Shown: piece after piece, positions 1 through 8,622 of the stretch | Layout of the letters: each line of letters opens with the position of its first letter | How positions within the stretch are numbered: position 1 is the stretch's first letter | Origin: a virus | IMG/VR virus record: IMGVR_UViG_3300029258_004290 | Span: 1-64,000 of that record | Length of the DNA stretch: 64,000 bases | Direction: 5' to 3' (one strand) | Notes under the pieces: generated by a model | What the model saw: only the letters and a program-made list of their open reading frames with translations | Databases searched by the model: none | Told to the model about the DNA's origin: nothing | Made by a program: the position numbers and the translations under genes

Positions 1-1
1 C

Positions 2-76
2 ATCTCCTCCTCGATCATACAGGCGGCGCGCAAGGAGCTCGGCCTGAGCGGTGCCGGGAAGGTAAAGAGGAAATGA
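2..76 (+). CDS. 3' end of a CDS running in from the window edge; paralog of the basic protein at 1295
   Basis: Frame reads ISSSIIQAARKELGLSGAGKVKRK*; its TGA overlaps the ATG at 73; matches ASTSIIQACRRELGLVGK in ORF 1295. Confidence 0.6.
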   Translation: MSSSIIQAARKELGLSGAGKVKRK

Positions 77-387
77 GCGCGGAGGGCTGGGACAAGAAGA
101 GGGTCGTCGCCCTGCTCGACAGCAACCCGCGGGCGGTCGAGCGGGCGATGGTCGTCCTCTACAAGGCGCAGACCCTGGAGGAGCGGCTGTCCGCCCAGAC
201 CACCAAGCGCAACGGCGTCGGCTTCTCCGCGTTCCACGCGGAGCTGGGGACGGAGTTCGCGCGGCGTGTCCTGGGCGGGCGGAGGCTGGAGGGATACGAC
301 TTGGCCAGGGCCAGGAAGATGGCGAAGCGGTACACGCGGCAGCTGCTTGCCGCGATAGAGAAGAAGCAAGGGAGGGAACGACAATGA
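73..387 (+). CDS. hypothetical phage protein
   Basis: SD-like GAGG, ATGA coupling on both sides, coding-like composition. Confidence 0.7.
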   Translation: MSAEGWDKKRVVALLDSNPRAVERAMVVLYKAQTLEERLSAQTTKRNGVGFSAFHAELGTEFARRVLGGRRLEGYDLARARKMAKRYTRQLLAAIEKKQGRERQ

Positions 388-656
388 GCGCAGACCGGAA
401 GAGCAAGGAGCTGCTGCAGCACGAGACGGACGCGATCCGCGCGCTTGTCTCCGCCGTCCAGGCGGCCGACGAGACGCAGGCGCGGCTGAGCGACCTGAAG
501 GCGAAGACGCGGGACAGCGGGGGCGTCGTCCGCGGTCTGGCGGTCGAGCGCTGCACCTACGAGAACGCCTCGGACTTCGTGGCGAAGGCGAGGGGGCTGC
601 TGATGGCGGCGCTCGCCCGCGTCGCCTCGCTCGAGGACGAGGAGGGGGAGTCATGA
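384..656 (+). CDS. hypothetical protein (helical)
   Basis: GGGAGGG SD; overlaps both neighbours. Confidence 0.65.
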   Translation: MSADRKSKELLQHETDAIRALVSAVQAADETQARLSDLKAKTRDSGGVVRGLAVERCTYENASDFVAKARGLLMAALARVASLEDEEGES

Positions 657-1261
657 GGTCGCTGGCGGCCAGGCGACCGTGCTTCGCCGCGAGGCTGCGG
701 CAGGTACAGAAGGACATCGCGTTCCAGGCGAGGTACGTCGCGTCGAAGAGCGGCGTAGAGGAGGAGGACGCGGCCCAGGAGCTGCGCCTCGTCGCGTGGC
801 GAGCGCACCGGAGGTACCGGCCGGGGCTGCACGCGTCGTTCCGGACGTACGCCTACTGCGCGCTGCAGAACGGGGCGAAGAACATCCTGGCGGCGTGGTA
901 CCGGAAGGCGATGGAGACCGTGCCGATCGAGGCGGCGCCCGCGGAGGTCCTGTCGGTCGCGAGCCCGGCCGCGGAGGTGGAGAGCGAGCACGCGGCGTCG
1001 CAGCTGCGGTCGCTCATCCTGGCGGAGCTCCGGCGCGCGGCGCCCAGGCGGAACGTCCTGGAGGTGTTCAGGGGCATCTGCGCCGGGGATCGGCCGACGG
1101 AGGTTGCCCGGGCGCTGGGTATCTCGTACAGCCGGTACAACGCCGTGGTCCGCGAGAGCATCCGCCCGGCAGCCGCTGCGGCGGTGAAAAAAGGGTGGGC
1201 ATCGGAGCCCGGCACCCTGTATACTATAGTAGAGCGAGCCAGCATCGGTAGGGGCTGGTAG
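653..1261 (+). CDS. sigma-70/ECF-like RNA polymerase sigma factor
   Basis: Region 2-like EDAAQELRLVAWRAHRRYRPGLHASFRTYAY; region 4 HTH PTEVARALGISYSRY. Confidence 0.75.
   Translation: MRSLAARRPCFAARLRQVQKDIAFQARYVASKSGVEEEDAAQELRLVAWRAHRRYRPGLHASFRTYAYCALQNGAKNILAAWYRKAMETVPIEAAPAEVLSVASPAAEVESEHAASQLRSLILAELRRAAPRRNVLEVFRGICAGDRPTEVARALGISYSRYNAVVRESIRPAAAAAVKKGWASEPGTLYTIVERASIGRGW
1218..1234 (+). promoter_or_regulatory. putative -10 promoter element (TGTATACTATAGTAGAG)
   Basis: Rare AT-rich patch upstream of ORF 1295; resembles the patch at 15507. Confidence 0.4.
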
Positions 1262-1294
1262 GAAACAACCGAGACCACAAAGGAGGTCGAGAAA

Positions 1295-1705
1295 ATGGCG
1301 AAAGCGAAGAAGAAAGGGAAGAAAGGGAAGAAGGCCAAGGCCGCGAAGAAGACGAAGACGGCCGAGGGCCGGACCGTCCGTGCGGACGGCTTCCGCGCGA
1401 AGGTCGACTTCGCCCTGCCCCTCGTGAAGAAGGGCATGGAGCGGAAGAAGATCGTCCGCATGCTTTGCAAGAAGTTCCCGGGGCTCCGCGAGGACTACGC
1501 CTCGACGAGCATCATTCAGGCGTGCCGCCGCGAGCTCGGGCTCGTCGGCAAGCCGGCAAAGAGCTCCAAGTCGAAGGCCAAGGCCGCGGCGAAGTCCAGC
1601 AAGAAGAAGGCGCGGAAGGCGGAGAAGGCCAAGGCGAAGAAGAAGTCCAAGGCCGTCGTCGAGGACGACGACGATGATGAGGACTGGGACGAAGAGGACG
1701 AATAG
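1295..1705 (+). CDS. Lys/Ala-rich histone H1-like DNA-binding protein with acidic tail
   Basis: AAGGAGG SD; KKAKAAKK-type repeats around a small core; ends in DDDDEDWDEEDE. Confidence 0.65.
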   Translation: MAKAKKKGKKGKKAKAAKKTKTAEGRTVRADGFRAKVDFALPLVKKGMERKKIVRMLCKKFPGLREDYASTSIIQACRRELGLVGKPAKSSKSKAKAAAKSSKKKARKAEKAKAKKKSKAVVEDDDDDEDWDEEDE

Positions 1706-1731
1706 CCCGCGCACCCGAGCCCCAAGACCAT

Positions 1732-1766
1732 GAGGACCCCGCCATCGCGCGGGGTCCTCTCTATCT
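1732..1766 (+). terminator. hairpin, possible intrinsic terminator
   Basis: 11-bp stem GAGGACCCCGC/GCGGGGTCCTC followed by TCTATCT (weak U tract). Confidence 0.5.
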
Positions 1767-1789
1767 AGGGGCGGAATACTGGAGGAAAC

Positions 1790-2374
1790 ATGCCGAAGAC
1801 CCTGGGCAAGAAGGCCCGGAAGAAGATCACCAAGCACAACGCGGCCGTCGGGGGCAACCGCGACTACGCCGAGCTGCGCGTCTCGTGCGGGGAGCTGCAG
1901 ATCAGGGAGGACCTGCGGCCGCTGCTGGAGATCAACGCCAGTGTGCCGGCAGAGCTCATGGCCGCCATGGCCCGGCTGCCGGCGACGTACGGGCTCTGGG
2001 CGAACGTGCGGGAGGAGGCGGAGGCCTACGTCGAGGCCCTGCAGCAGGACTACGATGTCTGGCACTCCAAGGTCTATGACGCCGTGTCGGTCGAGTTCCC
2101 CAAGGCGACCGAGACGTTCAAGGAGGCCCAGATCCGCGTCCAGCACGAGGAGGACTACCGGGCGCGGCAGGCGGAGCTGGCCCAGGCGCGCTCCGCTCTT
2201 AACAGACTCAAACGGGTGCTGCTCAAGGCGCTCGAGTTCAAGAAGGACATGCTACAGTCCATAGGGGCCATGGTGCGCGCCGAGCTCGACGCGCACGGGC
2301 TCCGCGACACCATCTCGTCCGCGGAGACGGACGGAAACCTGAAGAACGTCGGGAGACGAGGAGGATCGAGTTAA
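1790..2374 (+). CDS. UvsY-like recombination mediator
   Basis: Long coiled helix with ATETFKEAQI and ALEFKKDMLQSIGAMVRAEL; directly upstream of SSB and RecA. Confidence 0.55.
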   Translation: MPKTLGKKARKKITKHNAAVGGNRDYAELRVSCGELQIREDLRPLLEINASVPAELMAAMARLPATYGLWANVREEAEAYVEALQQDYDVWHSKVYDAVSVEFPKATETFKEAQIRVQHEEDYRARQAELAQARSALNRLKRVLLKALEFKKDMLQSIGAMVRAELDAHGLRDTISSAETDGNLKNVGRRGGSS

Positions 2375-2375
2375 C

Positions 2376-3416
2376 ATGGGAAAGAGCCTGAAGAAGAAGG
2401 CGGACGTCGCGCAGTCGCAGGCGGCGGACCAGCGCACGGGCGGAGGGGACTTCATAAAGCTGGACGGCAAGACCACGTTCGTGGTCATCACGTCGCCCAA
2501 CTACGAGGACTGCTTCGAGCACTGGGTGCAGGTCGGGCCGAACCGGCAGGACCGACGCCGGGTGTCGTGCGCCGGCGGGATCGAGGCCAAGGGCTACGCC
2601 CCGGACGACTGCCCCGTATGCGCCAGGGCGAAGAAGCATTGGGACAAGAAGAAGCGGATGCTCGAGGCCGGGGACACGAAGGGCGCCGAGACGGAGAACA
2701 AGCGGGGGCTCGAGCTGCGCGCCAGCTACCGCGCGTTCTACGAGGCGGTCAAGGGCGAGGCCCTGGTCGAGCGCAAGGGGAAGAAGCGGGTCACTACGCC
2801 CGACTTCGAGAGCGAGGAGGTCGACGTGACCCGGCGCATCCTGGCACTGACCTCCGCTCAGAACCGCATGCTCCTGGGCGTCATCGACGACGAGAAGCAC
2901 CCGGAGATCGAGAGCGGCGAGGACCTGGTCAACCGGATCCTGGCCTTCAAGAAGGAGAAGGCCGAGGGACGGCAGCACCCGTCGATCAAGGAGGTCATCC
3001 CGCTCGACGAGCAGGAGTTCGAGTTCGAGGAGGACGACCCGGTCCCCGATCTCGCCGCGCAGGTCGCTGAGACGCCGGCCGCCGAGGTGAAGAAGGTCCT
3101 GGCCCAGTACGTCTGGGACACCGACGAGGCCGCAACCGAGGAGGCCGACGACGAGGAGGAGCCTGACGAGGACCTCGACGACGAGGAAGAGGAGGAAGAG
3201 GAGGAGGAAGAGGAGGAAGAGTCCGACGACGAGCCCGAAGAGGAGGAAGAGGAGGAGGAAGAGTCCGACGACGAGGAGGAAGACGACGAGGATTGGGACG
3301 ACGAGGAGGAGGAGAAACCCGCGCCGAAGTCCAAGCGGAAGGCGGCTGCCAAAAAGGCCGCACCGAAGCGCAAGTCCAAGCCTCAGGCGAAGGCCAAGGC
3401 GCGCCGGAAGAAGTAG
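2376..3416 (+). CDS. single-stranded DNA-binding protein (gp32-like)
   Basis: HW...SC...DCPVC metal site, long Asp/Glu tract, position before recA. Confidence 0.7.
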   Translation: MGKSLKKKADVAQSQAADQRTGGGDFIKLDGKTTFVVITSPNYEDCFEHWVQVGPNRQDRRRVSCAGGIEAKGYAPDDCPVCARAKKHWDKKKRMLEAGDTKGAETENKRGLELRASYRAFYEAVKGEALVERKGKKRVTTPDFESEEVDVTRRILALTSAQNRMLLGVIDDEKHPEIESGEDLVNRILAFKKEKAEGRQHPSIKEVIPLDEQEFEFEEDDPVPDLAAQVAETPAAEVKKVLAQYVWDTDEAATEEADDEEEPDEDLDDEEEEEEEEEEEEESDDEPEEEEEEEEESDDEEEDDEDWDDEEEEKPAPKSKRKAAAKKAAPKRKSKPQAKAKARRKK

Positions 3417-3425
3417 GGAAGACCG

Positions 3426-4436
3426 ATGCCGCGCAGCGTAGCCGACCTCACCAAGATCGCCAAGGGCATCAAGCACGTCATGGTCATGGACGACCGCGTG
3501 TTCCGGCGGCGGTCGTACGAGGGCTTCTCGTCGGGGAGCAGGATGCTCAACATCACCCTGACGGGTAGGCCCGCGGTCGGCTACGTGCGCGGCCGCATCT
3601 ACGAGGTGAAGGGCCCGGAGGGCTCGGGCAAGTCGACCTTGGCCCTTCACCTCGTCGCGGAGGCGCAGCGCGCCGGGGCGGACGCGGCCCTCGTCGACGC
3701 GGAGCACGCGCTCGACCCGGTCTACGCCGCGGCGATCGGCGTCGACCTCGACCGGCTCCTGCTCTGCCAGCCGGAGTGCGGGGAGGACGCGCTCGCCGCC
3801 ACCGAGGCCCTGGTGCTGAAGGGGATCGAGGTGGTGGTCGTCGACAGCGTCGCCGCGCTCGTGCCCCGGGCGGAGATCGAGGGGGAGATGGGGGACGCGC
3901 ACGTCGGGCTGCAGGCGAGGCTCATGAGCCAGGCGCTGCGGAAGCTGTCGCCCAAGGTGGGGAAGCACAAGACGGTCCTCATGTTCCTCAACCAGATCCG
4001 CTTCAAGATCGGCGTGACGTACGGGAGCCCGGAGACGACGCCGGGCGGAGCGGCCCTGCCGTTCTACGCCGGGGTGCGGATGGACGTGCGATCGCCTAGG
4101 GGCGGGAAGATCCTGGCGTCCGGCACGGCGAAGAAGATGATCGGGAAGTCCAGCACGATGGAGGACTCCGAGCAGGGGACGCACCTGGTCGTGAAGACGA
4201 TCAAGAACCGGATCTACCCCCCGTTCAAGAAGGCGAGCCTCTGCATCCTGTACGGGAAGGGGATCGACAAGACGCGCGACCTGCTGGCCGTCGCCCTGCA
4301 CGCCGGCGTGGTCACCGAGCTGTCCGACAAGAAGTTCACGTACCTGGGCAAGGAGCGGTCGGTCGAGCGCGTTAACGCGGCCCTGCTGAGGGGGATCCGC
4401 GACAAGACGAAGCGGGCGCTCAGGAGACACCAATGA
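3426..4436 (+). CDS. recA: RecA/UvsX recombinase
   Basis: Walker A GPEGSGKST; DAEHALDPVYA; VVDSVAALVPRAEIEGEMGD; GLQARLMSQALRKL; NQIR; PETTPGG. Confidence 0.95.
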   Translation: MPRSVADLTKIAKGIKHVMVMDDRVFRRRSYEGFSSGSRMLNITLTGRPAVGYVRGRIYEVKGPEGSGKSTLALHLVAEAQRAGADAALVDAEHALDPVYAAAIGVDLDRLLLCQPECGEDALAATEALVLKGIEVVVVDSVAALVPRAEIEGEMGDAHVGLQARLMSQALRKLSPKVGKHKTVLMFLNQIRFKIGVTYGSPETTPGGAALPFYAGVRMDVRSPRGGKILASGTAKKMIGKSSTMEDSEQGTHLVVKTIKNRIYPPFKKASLCILYGKGIDKTRDLLAVALHAGVVTELSDKKFTYLGKERSVERVNAALLRGIRDKTKRALRRHQ

Positions 4437-4497
4437 CGAGAGCCAACCCTAAAGGGCCCTTAGGAATATTGGGGCCCCCAAATTCCATAGGGGGCGG

Positions 4498-7400
4498 GTG
4501 ATGGCCGCCACCGTCATCCACGCAACGGGCGACTGGCACAGCATCGCCGAGCGCTTTCCGCCCGGGACGAACGCCAAGACCCGAAACGAGGACATCGCCG
4601 CGCAGGTCGAGATCATGTGCGAGCGGGCGCGGCGCGACAGGCGGAAGAGGCCGAAGGACAGGATCGTCGGCGTGCTGCTCGGCGACCTCGCCCACGTCAA
4701 CAAGCCGCCGCCGAGTGTCGTCGCGTTCCTGGAGGACCAGCTCGGCCTCATGCTCGAGGTCTACAACGAGCTGCACGTTATCCTGGGCAACCACGAGGCG
4801 AACGACGCGGAGGAGGACGCGCTCGCGACGCTCGAGGGCCGGCTGCACACCGCTAGGCTGACTGTGCACCGGGACGTCGAGCACGACCAAGTCGGCGACA
4901 CCCCGGTCGTGTGGCTCCCGCACCTGACGCGCAAGGTCCTGAAGTGCAGGCCGTCCGCGTCGTACGACGAGGCGGTGTCGGCGTACCTCGCGGAGAAGCA
5001 GCTGGTGCGCGAGCGCGGGCCCGGCCTGGCCTGGGGGTCGATCGTCTTCGGGCACGGGACGTGGCCCGGGGCGAAGGCCGGCTCCGAGGAGCGCATGGTG
5101 CCGGGCGGCGTGATGGCCCTGCCGTCGCTCGCCTGCCGGCTCGCGGTCATGGGGCACATCCATCGGCCGCAGGACATTGGGGACAACGTCCGGTTAGCCG
5201 GCTCCCCCGTGTGCGTCGACTTCGCGGAGCGCCTGGAGAAGAAGCGCTTCCTCGTCATACGCGACGGCGCGGTAACGAGCGTGCCGCTCGACCCGCAGCC
5301 ATACGTCCAGGTGGAGCTCGACTACACGGGCGACGGCGAGGAGATGCCGAAGGAGGAGGCCGTCTCCGGCGCGGTCGTCAAGGTCGTGGTGAAGACGACG
5401 CAGGCCCGCCGCGGCAGCGTGCCAATGGCCGAGATCGTCGGGGAGATCAACAAGCGCGGCTATGTCCGGCAGCAGAAGCTCGAGGTGGTCGACAGGGACG
5501 ACGCAAGGGAGCGCAAGGCGGAGGAGACCCCCGGCCGGCTGGACCTGACGCCCCTGACCGCGACGAAGAAGTGGCTCAAGGCCGCGGATGCGGAGGAGGG
5601 CACGAAGCGCGCGGCGTACCGCGTGGCAAAGAAGGCGCTCGCCGAGACGGCGCCGCCTCCGCCGCCGGTTGAAGGCGCGGCGGCGGTGAGGCCGACCAGG
5701 CTGAAGATCAAGAACCTCTTCAACATCAGGAAGGCGGACATCCACCTGCCCAACGGGGTGCTCGGAGTGCTCGGCCGGTGGGCGTCGGACCCGGCTAGCT
5801 CCAATGGCGCGGGAAAGAGCGGCGTACTCAAGGCACTCTACCTCGCCTGGACCGGGGAGAACCCGGACGAGGGCGACACTGCGAATGACGCGGCGAACGA
5901 CGTGACCAAGGAGCCTAGCGAGGTGAAGATGCGCCTGTCCTGCGGCGGCGGGAAGTACGCGACCGTCACCCGCGGGCGCAATGCGTGGGGCGCGGACGGG
6001 AAGAGGCGTAGCGCGGCCCGGGCCTACGCCCAGCTCACGTTCAAGGGCGCGGACGGACCGGCAGCGACCGGCGACACGGAGGTGACCAAGGCGCTCGAGG
6101 CTCTGACCGGGGCGACGGCGCAGACGTTGGCGCAGACCTCGTTCTTCTTCGAGGCGTTCCAGGACGAGTTCCTCCGGGCGAAGCCGGCGGCGCGCAAGCA
6201 GTGGTTGCAGCGCTTCTTCGGGATGGAGCACTACGAGCGCGCCCGCGCCAAGGCGATGAAGGCCAAGGGCGAGGCGGACCGCGAGGCCGCGGCCACCAAC
6301 GGGGCGTTGTCCCTCCTGGGCAAGCAGCGGGATCTTAACGTGAAGGCGGCGAGGGCGCGGGCGAAGGCCTTGGCCCGGGAGGAGAAGGCGAAGACCGAGG
6401 AGGCCGTGCGCCTGCGGGAGGAGATCGAGCAGGAAGCGCGGCTGGCGGAGCGGGCCGAGCACGCCAAGGAGCTGCGCGACGCCGCGAAGGCGGCGGCGGA
6501 GGCGCTGGCGGAGGCGCTGGCGTCTGTCGAGGAGCTGAAGACGGCGGCAACCGACCGCGCCGGTAAGCTGGAGAAGCTGCGTGCCTTGGAGACGGACGTC
6601 GTGGCCAAGGAACGGGCGAACCAGAAGGCCGTGCAGGCGCATGCGACCGCGAAGGCGGCGGCCGAGACCCTCCGCGCCAGGGTGGAGGAGATGAGCGCGC
6701 TCGACGGGGAGGTCACGTGCCCGACGTGCGCCCAAGCGCTGGACCCGGCCGCGGTCGCCGGCATGCTCGCGCAGGTGCGCGCCGAGAGCAAGGCCGCGAC
6801 CACCGGGGCGGAGGCCACGTTCCGGGTGCAGGCGGAGGCCTGGGACGCCCTGACGGCGGCCAGGCAGGCGAAGACCAGGGCGGAGCGCGCCGTGCCCGCG
6901 GACCCGGCGGCCAGGCTGGCGAAGCTGGCTGACCGAATCCCCAAGTTGAAGGCGCGGAAGGCGAAGGCCGCGAAGGCCGCGAAGGCCGCGACGGAGGCGA
7001 AGGCAGCCAACGTCCAGGACCTCAAGACGCAGGCGCACCTGGCGGAGCTCGCCGCGCGGGAGGCGACCAGGCAGCTCGCTGAGACAAAGACCGCGATCGA
7101 GGAGCACGGGCGATGGAAGAAGAAGGTCGCGGAGCTCACGAAGAAACACGAGGCGCAGAAGGCCGCGGTCGAGGCGGCGGCGCTGGCGTGCAGGGCGCTC
7201 GACCGGAACGGCGCGCCGTCCGCGGCGACAAGCGCGATCGTCAGGGAGGTCGAGGCCAGGGCGAACGACAACCTGGGCCGGCTGACCGAGCGCGGGGACA
7301 AGCTCGTCATCGAGCTGGAGAACTTTCAGCGCACGAAGACCGACGCGGTCCGCGAGGGCGTGGACATCCTCGTCCGCTTCGACGGGGGCGAGCGCCGGCG

Positions 7401-7695
7401 GTACACCAGCTACTCGGGCGGCGAGCGCGGGCTTATCAACTTCGCCCTGCGCATGGGGATGGCGCAGACGCTGTCGGACCTCGTCGAGTTCCGCGCGGCG
7501 TTCCTCGCGCTCGACGAGGTGATGAAGCAGATGGACCCGCCCAACCGGGCGGCGATGCTGCGGATACTGGACTACGTGAAGAGGCGGTTCGGCCAGGTGC
7601 TCGTCGTGACGCACACGGCTTTGAAGGACCAGCTGCCCGCCACCGTCACCATGGTGCGCGGGTACGACCGGACCTCGACAGTGGAGGGGGGATAA
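4498..7695 (+). CDS. fused SbcD (Mre11-like nuclease) - SbcC (Rad50-like ATPase)
   Basis: N-terminal metallophosphoesterase motifs GDWH, GDL, GNHE, GH, GHIH; then Walker A NGAGKS, coiled coil with CPTC zinc hook, YSGGE signature, LALDE Walker B, VVTH H-loop. Confidence 0.9.
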   Translation: MMAATVIHATGDWHSIAERFPPGTNAKTRNEDIAAQVEIMCERARRDRRKRPKDRIVGVLLGDLAHVNKPPPSVVAFLEDQLGLMLEVYNELHVILGNHEANDAEEDALATLEGRLHTARLTVHRDVEHDQVGDTPVVWLPHLTRKVLKCRPSASYDEAVSAYLAEKQLVRERGPGLAWGSIVFGHGTWPGAKAGSEERMVPGGVMALPSLACRLAVMGHIHRPQDIGDNVRLAGSPVCVDFAERLEKKRFLVIRDGAVTSVPLDPQPYVQVELDYTGDGEEMPKEEAVSGAVVKVVVKTTQARRGSVPMAEIVGEINKRGYVRQQKLEVVDRDDARERKAEETPGRLDLTPLTATKKWLKAADAEEGTKRAAYRVAKKALAETAPPPPPVEGAAAVRPTRLKIKNLFNIRKADIHLPNGVLGVLGRWASDPASSNGAGKSGVLKALYLAWTGENPDEGDTANDAANDVTKEPSEVKMRLSCGGGKYATVTRGRNAWGADGKRRSAARAYAQLTFKGADGPAATGDTEVTKALEALTGATAQTLAQTSFFFEAFQDEFLRAKPAARKQWLQRFFGMEHYERARAKAMKAKGEADREAAATNGALSLLGKQRDLNVKAARARAKALAREEKAKTEEAVRLREEIEQEARLAERAEHAKELRDAAKAAAEALAEALASVEELKTAATDRAGKLEKLRALETDVVAKERANQKAVQAHATAKAAAETLRARVEEMSALDGEVTCPTCAQALDPAAVAGMLAQVRAESKAATTGAEATFRVQAEAWDALTAARQAKTRAERAVPADPAARLAKLADRIPKLKARKAKAAKAAKAATEAKAANVQDLKTQAHLAELAAREATRQLAETKTAIEEHGRWKKKVAELTKKHEAQKAAVEAAALACRALDRNGAPSAATSAIVREVEARANDNLGRLTERGDKLVIELENFQRTKTDAVREGVDILVRFDGGERRRYTSYSGGERGLINFALRMGMAQTLSDLVEFRAAFLALDEVMKQMDPPNRAAMLRILDYVKRRFGQVLVVTHTALKDQLPATVTMVRGYDRTSTVEGG

Positions 7696-7940
7696 TGAAG
7701 AGGAAGAGGCTTGGGCGCGTCATCATCGACGTGTTCGACGACGGGACGGCGGACGCGTTCGACCTGCCGGCTGGCTGCATACCCGAGGGCATGCGCGCCG
7801 CGCGCGGCCTGGAGACCGCGCTCGCTCTGTCGGCGGCGAGCCGCTTCGTGACGGAGGCCTCGAACCGGGACCCGGCCAAGCCGTGGCCCGAAGAGGAGGG
7901 ATGCATGGCGTCCCCATACGAAGAGCGTAAGGGAGGAAGA

Positions 7941-8321
7941 ATGTCGAACGAAGCGTTGGCGGTCGAAGCCGCGAAGGCGGTACCGAAGCCGAAGGAGAAG
8001 CCGTTCTGGAAGAAGGAGTCGGTCAGGCTCATCACCGCGTGGGTGGTGCTGGCCGTATGCTTCACCCTGCTCATGCTGGACGGGAAGCTGGACCTCGCCC
8101 CGTGGATGGTCCTGACCATCGGCACCCTGCTGGCGGTCATACGCCGCGGGGACAACAAGACGGCGCAGGACACGGCCCGCATCGCGATGGCGGCGAAAGC
8201 CATGGAGATGCTGCCGCCCGAGGCCGCGGCGAAGGCCGCCGGCCTGGTGGACGCCATCGCGCCGCTGAAGGAGCTCGTATACCCCTCGAAGAAGGAAGAC
8301 CCTTCGGGTGAGGGCGGCTGA
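7941..8321 (+). CDS. putative holin / two-TM membrane protein (in-frame upstream start at 7695 possible)
   Basis: GGGAGG SD; PFWKKES followed by two hydrophobic helices and a charged C-terminus. Confidence 0.5.
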   Translation: MSNEALAVEAAKAVPKPKEKPFWKKESVRLITAWVVLAVCFTLLMLDGKLDLAPWMVLTIGTLLAVIRRGDNKTAQDTARIAMAAKAMEMLPPEAAAKAAGLVDAIAPLKELVYPSKKEDPSGEGG

Positions 8322-8622
8322 CCTAGCGAAAGACAGGGAGTGGTCGCGGGCGGTCCTGACCAGGGACCACCGGGACGGCCACGACACGTGCAGGTGGTGC
8401 GGGGGCATCGACGGGGTGACCCCGCACCACATAATCAAGCGGCGTTTCAGGGAGTTCCGGTGGCAGGTTGAGAACGGGCTGTCGTTTTGCTACCGGTGCC
8501 ACGAGTACGCCGAACGCAACCCGAAAGAGGGGCTGGCCCGGTGCCGGCTGATCCTCGGGATAGACAAGGAGACGGACACGAGGCAATGGCTGCGGGATCA
8601 AAGAAGCAAGACACCCCGGTGA
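8308..8622 (+). CDS. HNH endonuclease
   Basis: RD...CRWCG...HHII...ENGLSFCYRCH. Confidence 0.8.
   Translation: MRAADLAKDREWSRAVLTRDHRDGHDTCRWCGGIDGVTPHHIIKRRFREFRWQVENGLSFCYRCHEYAERNPKEGLARCRLILGIDKETDTRQWLRDQRSKTPR

Noticed and set aside
3175-3315. GAG/GAA/GAC tandem repeats (also near 48780 and 51125-51200)
   Set aside because: They simply encode acidic low-complexity protein tracts
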